From the IMG/VR virus record IMGVR_UViG_3300043436_003321, positions 26,530-90,529 of that record: a DNA stretch of 64,000 nt, one strand, 5' to 3'. The stretch comes from a virus (taxonomy: Duplodnaviria > Heunggongvirae > Uroviricota > Caudoviricetes). The number at the start of each line of letters is the position of its first letter. Position 1 is the first letter of the stretch. Below, piece after piece: positions 38,965 through 46,189 of this stretch. Below the pieces are notes generated by a model. The model worked only from the letters and a program-made list of their open reading frames with translations, did not search any database and was not told the origin of the DNA. The translations under genes and the position numbers were made by a program.

Positions 38965-39998
38965 TGTTGTATGATCCTCACGTTATTACTAGATCGTTCA
39001 TCTAAAGTTAGAATATTTATAGTAGTGCTACCCTGGTTTAAAATCATTCCAACCCCAACACTTTCATCAAATTTATAGTTGACAGATTGATTCGAGCCAA
39101 ATCTCACCACGTTCACAGTAGGAGCATCAATTACAGTAACGACACCAGTCACTGGATTCGCCCCAGCAATAACACCGTCCGGATTCTTTTCGAGTGCACT
39201 AATATCCAATTCATTTTCTAAAAGAACCGCTTCTAGCGAATTGATTGACAGATCATCAAACTTGAGTTCATCTACCTTAAGGTCACTAAAATCTAATAAA
39301 TCCTCGTCGAGTTCATTAATATCAAGAGGTGATGAATTTTCATATGCTTCTTTTTCTTCAAGTGATTTTGGTTTACTTACGATCAATAAATTGTTAATCT
39401 GGTCACCAGTAATATCAAGAACTTTTGGCTCACTTGGGGCACCTGATCTGCTAGTTACAAGAGTTGCTTGAAAGGCTCTATTAAGTAATACATAGCCCGC
39501 ATCGGTCGATACTATAATCGACCCAATACTTCCGTCAAGATTTGGGACCAAAATTACTAACGATTTACCAATTTCATCAACTGTCATATAGAAAGCAGTA
39601 CCGCGAACAGCAATAGTAGCCGAGGGTGTTTGTATGTCAACTGTGTCTGGATTATTGTGTGCGATGTTACCAGAGGCATACTTTACAGTACCCATTGCGA
39701 CCTTCAACCCCAATGAGCCTTGAGAGGTTGACGGATCGTACACAAAGTCGTCAATAACTAACTCAGAATGTTCACCAATGTGAACCTGAGTCTCGTCGTC
39801 AAATGTAATCCCTACTTCACCCTTGGCGGTTTGTACATAATCATCCATTTCGACGGCCAGGCTTAAGTCGGCGTCAAGTTTTTGTTTTTGACGCTCGACT
39901 AAACCTGACCCATTGAATTCTGTAATCGAACCTATTTCTGCATAAACTATAGTGGGATTAATCAGACTGAGTAATAGTAATAGTCTGATTAGAGCCAT
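38961..39998 (-). CDS. FecR-domain periplasmic protein (usual partner of CHASE2 cyclases)
   Basis: 345 aa. Signal peptide MALIRLLLLLSLINPTIVYA. The N-terminal half has a FecR-like pattern (GEVGITFDDETQVHIGEHSELVIDDFVYD...ATIAVRGTAFYMTV). The acidic C-terminal half is repetitive. Confidence 0.55.
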   Translation of the reverse strand: MALIRLLLLLSLINPTIVYAEIGSITEFNGSGLVERQKQKLDADLSLAVEMDDYVQTAKGEVGITFDDETQVHIGEHSELVIDDFVYDPSTSQGSLGLKVAMGTVKYASGNIAHNNPDTVDIQTPSATIAVRGTAFYMTVDEIGKSLVILVPNLDGSIGSIIVSTDAGYVLLNRAFQATLVTSRSGAPSEPKVLDITGDQINNLLIVSKPKSLEEKEAYENSSPLDINELDEDLLDFSDLKVDELKFDDLSINSLEAVLLENELDISALEKNPDGVIAGANPVTGVVTVIDAPTVNVVRFGSNQSVNYKFDESVGVGMILNQGSTTINILTLDERSSNNVRIIQQ

Positions 39999-40638
39999 CG
40001 GTCACCATATTGATATTAGAAGCTGCGAGAGTAGTCGATTGGTCAATAGTAACAGTATTGTCATTCCCAACCATAGTCATTGTAATTGTATGGCCGTCTA
40101 AGGATGAACCATACCCAGTTTGAGTAATATCGAAAGCATTTGTGTCACCGGTAACATTAACTGTATGTGTAGCTCCATCTGAATCAATAGCCATCGTAAA
40201 GGTATTATCCTCTCCGGCAATATTATATGTAAGCGTAGTATATTCAGCACTGGAATTTTGTCCCATTTCAAGATCAATCATGTTATAACTTCCAGTGATA
40301 TTAAACGTAAGTGTGCTGTATGAGCTCAACGTTGCTAACCAATCGAATTCGTTGCCGTCTCCGACCTGGTTAAGTGTATATGTAAGACTATCACCGCTGA
40401 CAGTCCCTCTTAGTTTGTTCAAATCGCCTTCTTGGTTGATTGTATATGTCTGATCGTCACCGTCAATTGTAAAGTATGGAGAAGGTGCTGATACGTCTCC
40501 AATCGCATTGCCATCACCAGATTTCTGTGTGATAGCCATAGTTAAGTTTTCGCCGGCCTGATCAATGTAAATTGATTGATCCGCCATAGTTGCAAAAGGC
40601 ACCATTACAAAAATACTTGTAATAGCTAAGTTTTTCAT
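39958..40638 (-). CDS. secreted curlin-repeat protein (CsgA/CsgB-like amyloid subunit candidate)
   Basis: 226 aa. Signal peptide MKNLAITSIFVMVPFATMA. At least six imperfect repeats of the form (I/L)(D/N/T)Q.G(D/E).N resembling the curlin repeat S-x5-Q-x-G-x-G-N (IDQAGEN, ITQKSGDGN, INQEGDLN, LNQVGDGN, ITQTGYGS, IDQS). Immediately downstream of csgG. Confidence 0.55.
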   Translation of the reverse strand: MKNLAITSIFVMVPFATMADQSIYIDQAGENLTMAITQKSGDGNAIGDVSAPSPYFTIDGDDQTYTINQEGDLNKLRGTVSGDSLTYTLNQVGDGNEFDWLATLSSYSTLTFNITGSYNMIDLEMGQNSSAEYTTLTYNIAGEDNTFTMAIDSDGATHTVNVTGDTNAFDITQTGYGSSLDGHTITMTMVGNDNTVTIDQSTTLAASNINMVTDGSNQTITITQSD

Positions 40639-40648
40639 TTTTCCCTCT

Positions 40649-41386
40649 CTACCAAAGTCCTTGTTTCTTGCCCTTTAAAGTTAACTCATATACTGCTTTT
40701 TCGATCGCAGTTTTAATGGCAAAACTAGAAGCTTCGTTTGTGTTTGTTCCTGTTTCCAATTCTAAGGTTTGCGTGTCCTGGTCAAAGAATTTCATGACAG
40801 TCATATTATCGCCGTAAGCCAAAACTTCTTTCTCGACGATAATAGTTGATACTACTTCTGTTGTTGCAACTGATACTGCCCTGAGAGCAATCGTAACAGT
40901 ATGTCTGCTATATTCTTTTGATGCACCGATGCCGAATATTCTGGCACCTATGCCACCAGATGTCGTATTGACATCATACCCAACGATACCACCTTCGATT
41001 ATGATTCCGGCGTAAAGCATTACTGGTAGATCGCTGTCCTTTATTCCAGGTTCTACAGTTTCTCTTGCCGATCTGATAATCTGTCGTTCACGTACTATAT
41101 TATCAATGCCTTTACGTTCAACTACTCGATACCATGTACCATTAGAGAATTCTTTTAAAGCATCAATAAGGAAATTTTCAGCGCCTTGTGTCACAGCTGT
41201 CGAGAGAGTCGTACCAGCCCTCTGACCTGTGAGATCATTATAACCATATACGGCAACAATCACTCTACCTCGCTCTGGCGGCGGTAGTACGTATGATGTA
41301 GGTTGTACAACCTCAGGAGCTGTCGTCTGAAGCGATTCTGTTGTTGCACATGCCGATAACAATATGAGAAGAATCAACCACTTCAT
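40649..41386 (-). CDS. csgG: curli production assembly/transport lipoprotein CsgG
   Basis: 245 aa. Lipoprotein signal with lipobox LLSAC. Strong alignment by eye to E. coli CsgG: RVIVAVYGYNDLTGQ vs KIFVSVYNIQDETGQ, LIDALKEFSNGTWYRVVERKGIDNIVRERQIIRSARE vs LVTALKDSRWFIPLERQGLQNLLNERKIIRAAQE, GIVGYDVNTTSGGIGARIFGIGAS vs SIIGYESNVKSGGVGARYFGIGAD. Confidence 0.85.
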   Translation of the reverse strand: MKWLILLILLSACATTESLQTTAPEVVQPTSYVLPPPERGRVIVAVYGYNDLTGQRAGTTLSTAVTQGAENFLIDALKEFSNGTWYRVVERKGIDNIVRERQIIRSARETVEPGIKDSDLPVMLYAGIIIEGGIVGYDVNTTSGGIGARIFGIGASKEYSRHTVTIALRAVSVATTEVVSTIIVEKEVLAYGDNMTVMKFFDQDTQTLELETGTNTNEASSFAIKTAIEKAVYELTLKGKKQGLW

Positions 41387-41862
41387 AGTCCGAAATCTCC
41401 TACCGGTACTTCAATAGTGGTTGTCTCGCCTTCAGGATTCGTAATAGTCAGCGTGATTGTATCGCCATTATTGTAGTACTCAATTGTATTGCCAAGAATT
41501 TCTATTATGCCCGAGTCGTTTCCGTCACCATTGAAGATGGCGTCCACCAACTCTTTTGATATCTGTGCATAAACCCTGGATTCAATGTTGCGTAGGAACT
41601 TATTCAAATTTGAATTCTCAAGTTCTCTTTCAATCTCTGCCGCCAAAGCCTCGGCCTTATCGTCAAGTCGTTGCTGATTCTTCTGCGTCATTTGATCTAG
41701 GGTCAGAACGTGCGAAGACCATCCGATCCCAGAGAAGGACGGATTTGAAAACTGATATCCTTCCTGTGCTACGACTCTACTTGGCGTCAGGTTTATAAGC
41801 GTTAGGATCACCAGTAGAGTTAAAAATTTTGCTTTTACTCTGATATTTTGTAATAATTGCAT
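41383..41862 (-). CDS. csgF: curli assembly protein CsgF
   Basis: 159 aa. Signal peptide, then EGYQFSNPSFSGIGWSS matching the CsgF N-terminal FQFRNPNFGG motif. C-terminus EGETTTIEVPVGDFGL matches CsgF TGQTSTIQVSGL. 4-nt overlap with csgG. Confidence 0.7.
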   Translation of the reverse strand: MQLLQNIRVKAKFLTLLVILTLINLTPSRVVAQEGYQFSNPSFSGIGWSSHVLTLDQMTQKNQQRLDDKAEALAAEIERELENSNLNKFLRNIESRVYAQISKELVDAIFNGDGNDSGIIEILGNTIEYYNNGDTITLTITNPEGETTTIEVPVGDFGL

Positions 41863-42127
41863 CCATCTCGGCCTTTTCGGTTGAATCTAGATGTGTTCTG
41901 TATTCTAAAACCATAGCCAATTTCATATTGAGACGAATCAAGTCGTTGTCAAGCATTCGAACGCGATCTACTAATTTAATAAGTGTACCCATAGCTTCAC
42001 CCAGAACTGGGTCAATTGTTTCAGTCACCCATTTCCATATAAAAAAGATAAAGTACCCCATACCAAAAGCGGCAATGATGGGAAAGCCATAATCCTTAAT
42101 GTACTGTGCTATATCTATATCCATCAA
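41777..42127 (-). CDS. BhlA/UviB-like holin-like membrane protein (paralog 2)
   Basis: 116 aa. N-terminus MMDIDIAQYIKDYGFPIIAAFGMGYFIFFIWKW has one TM helix, then a coiled region (LDNDLIRLNMKLAMVLEY). The pattern resembles BhlA-family holin-like proteins. Its 3' end overlaps the csgF start by 86 nt. Confidence 0.45.
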   Translation of the reverse strand: MMDIDIAQYIKDYGFPIIAAFGMGYFIFFIWKWVTETIDPVLGEAMGTLIKLVDRVRMLDNDLIRLNMKLAMVLEYRTHLDSTEKAEMDAIITKYQSKSKIFNSTGDPNAYKPDAK

Positions 42128-42402
42128 TCTCTCCTTGCATCGTCCTTGCCTTCATTTGCAGCCATACGATCTACGTTTGGCTTTACATTCAAAGCATAAC
42201 TAAGAAGAGCATCGATCTTGATCAAATCATTGTTCATTGTTTGGACTCTATTATCCAAACTGCTCATAATATTCTTTAAGGTGGCCACAGAACCAGTAAC
42301 ACTTGCCAGAATAAACTTCAGCGTAATAAACACAAAGGCCCCAGCCGCCAGAGCACTGGCTATCGGAAACCCGACTTCTGATACAAGAGATAAAAAGTCC
42401 AT
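42124..42402 (-). CDS. BhlA/UviB-like holin-like membrane protein (paralog 1)
   Basis: 92 aa. MDFLSLVSEVGFPIASALAAGAFVFITLKFI...LDNRVQTMNNDLIKIDALL. Same architecture as the downstream 116-aa gene. TATAAATA late promoter 21 nt upstream. RBS GAGGTG. Confidence 0.45.
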   Translation of the reverse strand: MDFLSLVSEVGFPIASALAAGAFVFITLKFILASVTGSVATLKNIMSSLDNRVQTMNNDLIKIDALLSYALNVKPNVDRMAANEGKDDARRD

Positions 42403-42422
42403 ATGTCACCTCACTTCCAATC

Positions 42423-42430
42423 TATTTATA
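42423..42430 (-). promoter_or_regulatory. T4-type late promoter TATAAATA (minus strand) for the holin-like/csgFG/curlin/fecR/cyclase operon
   Basis: Plus-strand tatttata at 42423-42430 reads TATAAATA on the minus strand. It is followed by gattggaaGTGAGGTGacatATG of the first holin-like gene. Confidence 0.5.
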
Positions 42431-42478
42431 CCTTAGAGCCGTGCTAAAATGTTTTAAAGATAAATAGTACGATGTGAC

Positions 42479-42507
42479 TTGAATCCTATACGTATGATTA
42501 TATTATA
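42479..42507 (+). promoter_or_regulatory. candidate sigma70-like promoter for the plus-strand EF-hand protein gene
   Basis: TTGAAT-N16-TATTAT about 20 nt upstream of the RBS AGGAGG and ATG 42526. Weak call. Confidence 0.3.
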
Positions 42508-42525
42508 GTTTATAGGAGGACGATC

Positions 42526-42852
42526 ATGGCAAGACAACCAAAAACACTACAACAAGATTCCAAATATAATGGATTCGATGCCGACGGCGATGGTGTGGTA
42601 AGTGACGAGGAAATGGCACAGGCCGAGAAGATCATAGACATTGAGAATCGCGATAAGAAAGAAGATCAACTTCGCCAAATGGCTTGGGTTGCAATGCTTT
42701 CTATGGTTGCATTTACCATCGGACTATTTCTTCCATTCCTGTCAGTCGAGCGTTTAATGGCACTCGACAATCTACTTTCAATGTTCTACATTGCTCAGGC
42801 TGGTGTAGTAGCATCATTCTTTGGCTCAAGCGCCTATATGAGCCGCAGCTAA
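42526..42852 (+). CDS. small membrane protein with EF-hand-like Ca-binding loop
   Basis: 108 aa. DADGDGVVSDEE matches the DxDxDG EF-hand loop. Two predicted TM helices (MAWVAMLSMVAFTIGLFLPFL; VVASFFGSSAYM). Strong RBS. Only plus-strand gene in this region. Confidence 0.5.
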   Translation: MARQPKTLQQDSKYNGFDADGDGVVSDEEMAQAEKIIDIENRDKKEDQLRQMAWVAMLSMVAFTIGLFLPFLSVERLMALDNLLSMFYIAQAGVVASFFGSSAYMSRS

Positions 42853-42853
42853 T

Positions 42854-42877
42854 AAAAAAAGGGAGCCCAAGGCTCCC
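42854..42877 (-). terminator. intrinsic terminator (possibly bidirectional) between convergent genes
   Basis: GGGAGCC-CAA-GGCTCCC hairpin (42861-42877) with an A7 run on the plus side, so U7 follows on the minus strand. A second hairpin GAAGCGGC-TTAG-GCCGCTTC overlaps the stop of the 316-aa gene. Confidence 0.65.
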
Positions 42878-42902
42878 CAAGTTAGGTTAAGGAGGAAGCG
42901 GC

Positions 42903-43853
42903 TTAGGCCGCTTCTGCCATTTCTAGGGCCAATTCAAGAGCCTCAGTCTTGAGTTTCCGATTGGTGCCATACCAGGCCGACTGCAGTCGAGTATCGGCCG
43001 ACCGACCAAGTTCGTGGTCAGTCATGAAGGTAATGGCATTGAAAGCCGACCACCAGCTACCTTCGGCAAATTCAGCACCGGGTTGTTCAACCAGGACTTC
43101 CATTGCCCGGTTGGCAGTGCGACTCAATTCGCCCTCATTCTTCTTGGACATACCGAGCAGGTGGCCGAAGTATTGCTTCACGGTCTCTTCCGTGGTGCGC
43201 TTGGAGCCAAGGAACGAAGCCATTTCCTTGTATTGAGCCATCTTGAAGTGGGCGATACCCATCATATCCTTAACGGCATCGGCATCAAACTTTTGGCGGT
43301 GGTTCAGTTTCACTGCATTTTGTGCCGATTGGTTCAGCGACAACGTCAGAGTGTTATTGCAGACCACACGGATGGGAGTGAAACGAATGTCAATCGTCTT
43401 GCCGTATTGGTGGGGGTTCGAGAAGAGCATGTAGCTCTCAACCTTGTCACCGTTGAAGAGTTCGAAATCATCCTCAACTTTAGCCAGAGCCCAGATGATT
43501 TCGCCATTCTTGAGCGAACCGGCAGTGTGCATTTTCATCTTACCGGCATCGGTGAAGTCTTTGAAGAAGTCAAAAGCTTCCTCGTTCTGCACCGGGTGCC
43601 AACCCTTACCCACCTGGGTCAGGACACGACCGTCAGTCTCACGGATAAGAGCCTTCATACCGGTGGGGACACGTTTGCCGTTAAACTCGGCGAAGGTTTC
43701 AACTTCCTGGACACGCCAGTCAACACCAGCAGCTGCCATCATTTCGGCCGGAGCCAAGTCATCGGAGACCTGCACGCCAAGACCGTGCCAGGGGAGATCG
43801 CCGGCATATGCCATTTGGGCTTTACCGTTGACGATTTCAAGTTCATGAGCCAT
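42903..43853 (-). CDS. DUF932 / phage-plasmid-like protein (TIGR03299-type)
   Basis: 316 aa. N-terminal GDLPWHGLGVQV motif typical of the DUF932 family. Noticeably GC-richer than the flanking DNA. Confidence 0.5.
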   Translation of the reverse strand: MAHELEIVNGKAQMAYAGDLPWHGLGVQVSDDLAPAEMMAAAGVDWRVQEVETFAEFNGKRVPTGMKALIRETDGRVLTQVGKGWHPVQNEEAFDFFKDFTDAGKMKMHTAGSLKNGEIIWALAKVEDDFELFNGDKVESYMLFSNPHQYGKTIDIRFTPIRVVCNNTLTLSLNQSAQNAVKLNHRQKFDADAVKDMMGIAHFKMAQYKEMASFLGSKRTTEETVKQYFGHLLGMSKKNEGELSRTANRAMEVLVEQPGAEFAEGSWWSAFNAITFMTDHELGRSADTRLQSAWYGTNRKLKTEALELALEMAEAA

Positions 43854-43870
43854 TTTGTAAGTTCCTCTGT

Positions 43871-43912
43871 TTTGTTTGGTTACATATACAATATAATCAA
43901 AGTTCTGGCAAT
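43871..43912 (-). promoter_or_regulatory. early promoter (divergent member of the conserved family)
   Basis: Minus strand aaaGGTTGACAttgccagaactttgatTATATTGTATATGTAACC. The -35 box is 43908-43903. Confidence 0.5.
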
Positions 43913-43913
43913 G

Positions 43914-44241
43914 TCAACCTTTATTTTGCATTTTTTTCAAAATATTTTCGACAGTCCAGGTAAACACCGACCACGCCTCTTCGAAGGAAGCATAGCTGCG
44001 ACTAGACAGACCTTCAAGAGCCGTGATGTCAACCACGAACCCATCAAGCACTTGCCCAAATTGGTAGCAGTTCTTACGACAATCCTCATCCTCGTAGAGT
44101 TCGTTAATCAGTGCGAACCCTTTATAGTGATAGACTTCATCAAAGCCGGACAGGTCATGGCGCAGAGTCTTTTCCACAGTCTTAAACTGTGTCTCCTTAC
44201 TTGGGTAAATCGTAATGAACCCATCATCTTCGATATCTGAC
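43914..44241 (-). CDS. hypothetical protein
   Basis: Track ORF 43914..44270. The likely start is ATG 44241 (MSDIEDDG) with RBS GAGG, 1 nt after the upstream stop. Confidence 0.5.
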
Positions 44242-44244
44242 ATC

Positions 44245-44652
44245 TTATACAACCTCGTAGAGCATTTCATTGATGGCTTTTTGGATTGGAAGTTCCTTTT
44301 CGGCCGAATAGTTCAGACCGAAGTGGAAGCAGAAGTAACTCGGGCCGTATTGAAGATCAATATCGCTGAACTCTTCAGCTTCCATAATCCACTTCAGAGC
44401 CTGAACTTCATCTTTGGCGCCAAGGATCATATTACCCTGAATCCGTTGATGCATGGCAATCATAGCCATATTTTCTGCATGACGCTCACGTTCCACGGTT
44501 TCATTGAACTCGCGCATCAGACCATCCCAAATAGCCTGGCGGTCAAAGTCGTTGCTGTTATTCCATTCGGACCAAAAGTATTCACGAGGGCGATAGCCAC
44601 GAGCATCTTTGTGAAGATCAGAAACGATGTTTTCGTCGAAGGTGTGAGTCAT
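44245..44652 (-). CDS. hypothetical protein
   Basis: 135 aa. Preceded by an early promoter and leader ending GGCAACAGAGGAACACATCATG. Confidence 0.55.
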   Translation of the reverse strand: MTHTFDENIVSDLHKDARGYRPREYFWSEWNNSNDFDRQAIWDGLMREFNETVERERHAENMAMIAMHQRIQGNMILGAKDEVQALKWIMEAEEFSDIDLQYGPSYFCFHFGLNYSAEKELPIQKAINEMLYEVV

Positions 44653-44666
44653 GATGTGTTCCTCTG

Positions 44667-44712
44667 TTGCCTACATTTACAATATAAACATTACTTTGGA
44701 AATGTCAACCCC
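44667..44712 (-). promoter_or_regulatory. early promoter, conserved family
   Basis: Minus strand GGGGTTGACAtttccaaagtaatgttTATATTGTAAATGTAGGCAA. The -35 box is 44708-44703. Confidence 0.65.
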
Positions 44713-45012
44713 TTATGCGACATTTTTTTGAAAAAATTTCACGACCATCTTATCCAGATCGGTCAGCGGTTTGACATAGGGAAGACCTTGCCGAGTCAGA
44801 AGATCACCGACACGAGCGAACTCGTTGGCAATCTTGTCATTCGGATAGGTTTGTGCAGCGGTCATCATTTTATCACCAAGAATTTGCATCGGACCCATCG
44901 TATTTCTCCTCAAGGATGGTATATTGGAACCCACTTTTATCACCATGGGCTTTGGCTTCTTCATAAGTATCAAAGTGAACTCGGTAACCGAAGTTATAAA
45001 AGACGCAGGCAA
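44713..45012 (-). CDS. hypothetical protein
   Basis: 99-aa ORF. Start uncertain; internal Met residues are possible. Confidence 0.4.
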   Translation of the reverse strand: MPASFITSVTEFTLILMKKPKPMVIKVGSNIPSLRRNTMGPMQILGDKMMTAAQTYPNDKIANEFARVGDLLTRQGLPYVKPLTDLDKMVVKFFQKNVA

Positions 45013-45018
45013 ACATCA

Positions 45019-45270
45019 TCAGTTCCACCCCATAGCCATACCGACCTCACATTCAGCTTCACGTTTGGCTTGTTCCCACGAAGTAAACGGTCCGGCAGAA
45101 TCTTTATTATCGTCAAGACGACCTTCGGGCGTGTAGACCATCCAGAAGTTACGATCATAGTCAAAGGGGTTGACACTACGGACAATCACAACTTTTTTGA
45201 GAGAGTTAGTAGCAACTGCAATGGTCTCACTCACGGCTTCGAACGTCATCATTGGATTTGTCTCCTTCAT
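45019..45270 (-). CDS. hypothetical protein
   Basis: 83-aa track ORF. The more likely start is MMTFEAV at about 45252, after RBS GAAGGAGA. Confidence 0.45.
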   Translation of the reverse strand: MKETNPMMTFEAVSETIAVATNSLKKVVIVRSVNPFDYDRNFWMVYTPEGRLDDNKDSAGPFTSWEQAKREAECEVGMAMGWN

Positions 45271-45315
45271 TGCCTACATTTACAATATAAACATTACGAG
45301 AACAATGTCAACCCC
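45270..45315 (-). promoter_or_regulatory. early promoter, conserved family
   Basis: GGGGTTGACAttgttctcgtaatgttTATATTGTAAATGTAGGCAA. The -35 box is 45311-45306. Confidence 0.65.
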
Positions 45316-45325
45316 AAAATGCATT

Positions 45326-45490
45326 TTATTCGACTAATTTATCACGAAGTATGTCGAATGTGATCCAGGCGGATCGTTCGAATTCTTCTTGGGAAGCTTC
45401 ACTGAAGTCAAGGCTCATATAATCCATGACCTGCCGAGCAAGCCCTTCATCGACGTTCAACAGCTGTTGAATTTGTTTTACCCAGTACAT
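45326..45490 (-). CDS. small hypothetical protein (54 aa, MYWVKQIQQLL...)
   Basis: Distal part of the 134-aa track ORF. Its N-terminal part overlaps the 79-aa gene out of frame. ATG 45490 is preceded by RBS GAGGAG. Confidence 0.35.
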   Translation of the reverse strand: MYWVKQIQQLLNVDEGLARQVMDYMSLDFSEASQEEFERSAWITFDILRDKLVE

Positions 45491-45500
45491 AGTCAGCTCC

Positions 45501-45740
45501 TCAGTAGGAATATTTGTCAGAAAAGACTGCATTCGGAAAAATTTGTTTGAGCGCCGTGACGATATGAGCATCAACAACAGACATATCCTCATAGGCTTCA
45601 TAACTAATTCCGGAGCGATGAGCAATGGCCCAAGCTTCAGACCCGAGTTTAACGTCAGATAGATCATAACCATTACGACCAAGATAATCTGCAGCCATAA
45701 CGGTCCAACGAGCGATAGTAGCAGAGTCAAATTTAGCCAT
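45501..45740 (-). CDS. hypothetical protein
   Basis: 79 aa. Confidence 0.5.
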   Translation of the reverse strand: MAKFDSATIARWTVMAADYLGRNGYDLSDVKLGSEAWAIAHRSGISYEAYEDMSVVDAHIVTALKQIFPNAVFSDKYSY

Positions 45741-45742
45741 GA

Positions 45743-46108
45743 TTAAGCTGCCTCTCCGATAACTTCAATTTCGTCATTGAACAAATAAAGTTCCTCAAAG
45801 CCGAACGAATCGACCATGAAGAACCGACCATCACGAGCAAAGATATCACCAACCGAAGTCGAGGACATGCGACCGAACTTGTCGACCATCTCTGGAGCGT
45901 TCCAAAGGTTGGTCACCTCGAAAGCAACTTCCAAATCATTGGTGCGAACATCAGCAACAGCCGTAAAGTACCGAAGCATATCCGGGGTGAAGTTTTTAGA
46001 ACCACGGACCATCAACTTACGCTTGGCTTCAATTGCAGGGACCGAAGCACCGGCATTGAAAGCATCAATCTGAGCATTGGACATTTTGATTTGGAAGATG
46101 GTAATCAT
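45743..46108 (-). CDS. hypothetical protein
   Basis: 121 aa, downstream of an early promoter. Confidence 0.5.
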   Translation of the reverse strand: MITIFQIKMSNAQIDAFNAGASVPAIEAKRKLMVRGSKNFTPDMLRYFTAVADVRTNDLEVAFEVTNLWNAPEMVDKFGRMSSTSVGDIFARDGRFFMVDSFGFEELYLFNDEIEVIGEAA

Positions 46109-46122
46109 GAGGACCTCCGTTG

Positions 46123-46168
46123 TTGCCTACATTTACAATATAAACATTCTGAAGGAGATGTCAACCCC
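46123..46168 (-). promoter_or_regulatory. early promoter, conserved family
   Basis: GGGGGTTGACAtctccttcagaatgttTATATTGTAAATGTAGGCAA. The -35 box is 46164-46159. Confidence 0.65.
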
Positions 46169-46189
46169 CTTCAGACATCTTTTTGCTTT

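Noticed and set aside
34300-42430. Possibility that the pstS/tmRNA/curli/cyclase region is bacterial chromosome (assembly chimera or prophage boundary)
   Set aside because: There is no integrase, att-like repeat or tRNA. The region is flanked on both sides by phage genes on the same strand, and its genes are driven by the phage promoter classes (TTGACA early type and TATAAATA late box). Still worth verifying with read-level evidence.
43014-45363. Long plus-strand ORFs (408 aa at 43014..44240; 382 aa at 44215..45363)
   Set aside because: They run antisense across several minus-strand genes and straight through two conserved early promoters and leaders. They arise from the GC-rich composition of this patch. 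The minus-strand genes have promoter, RBS and ATG architecture.
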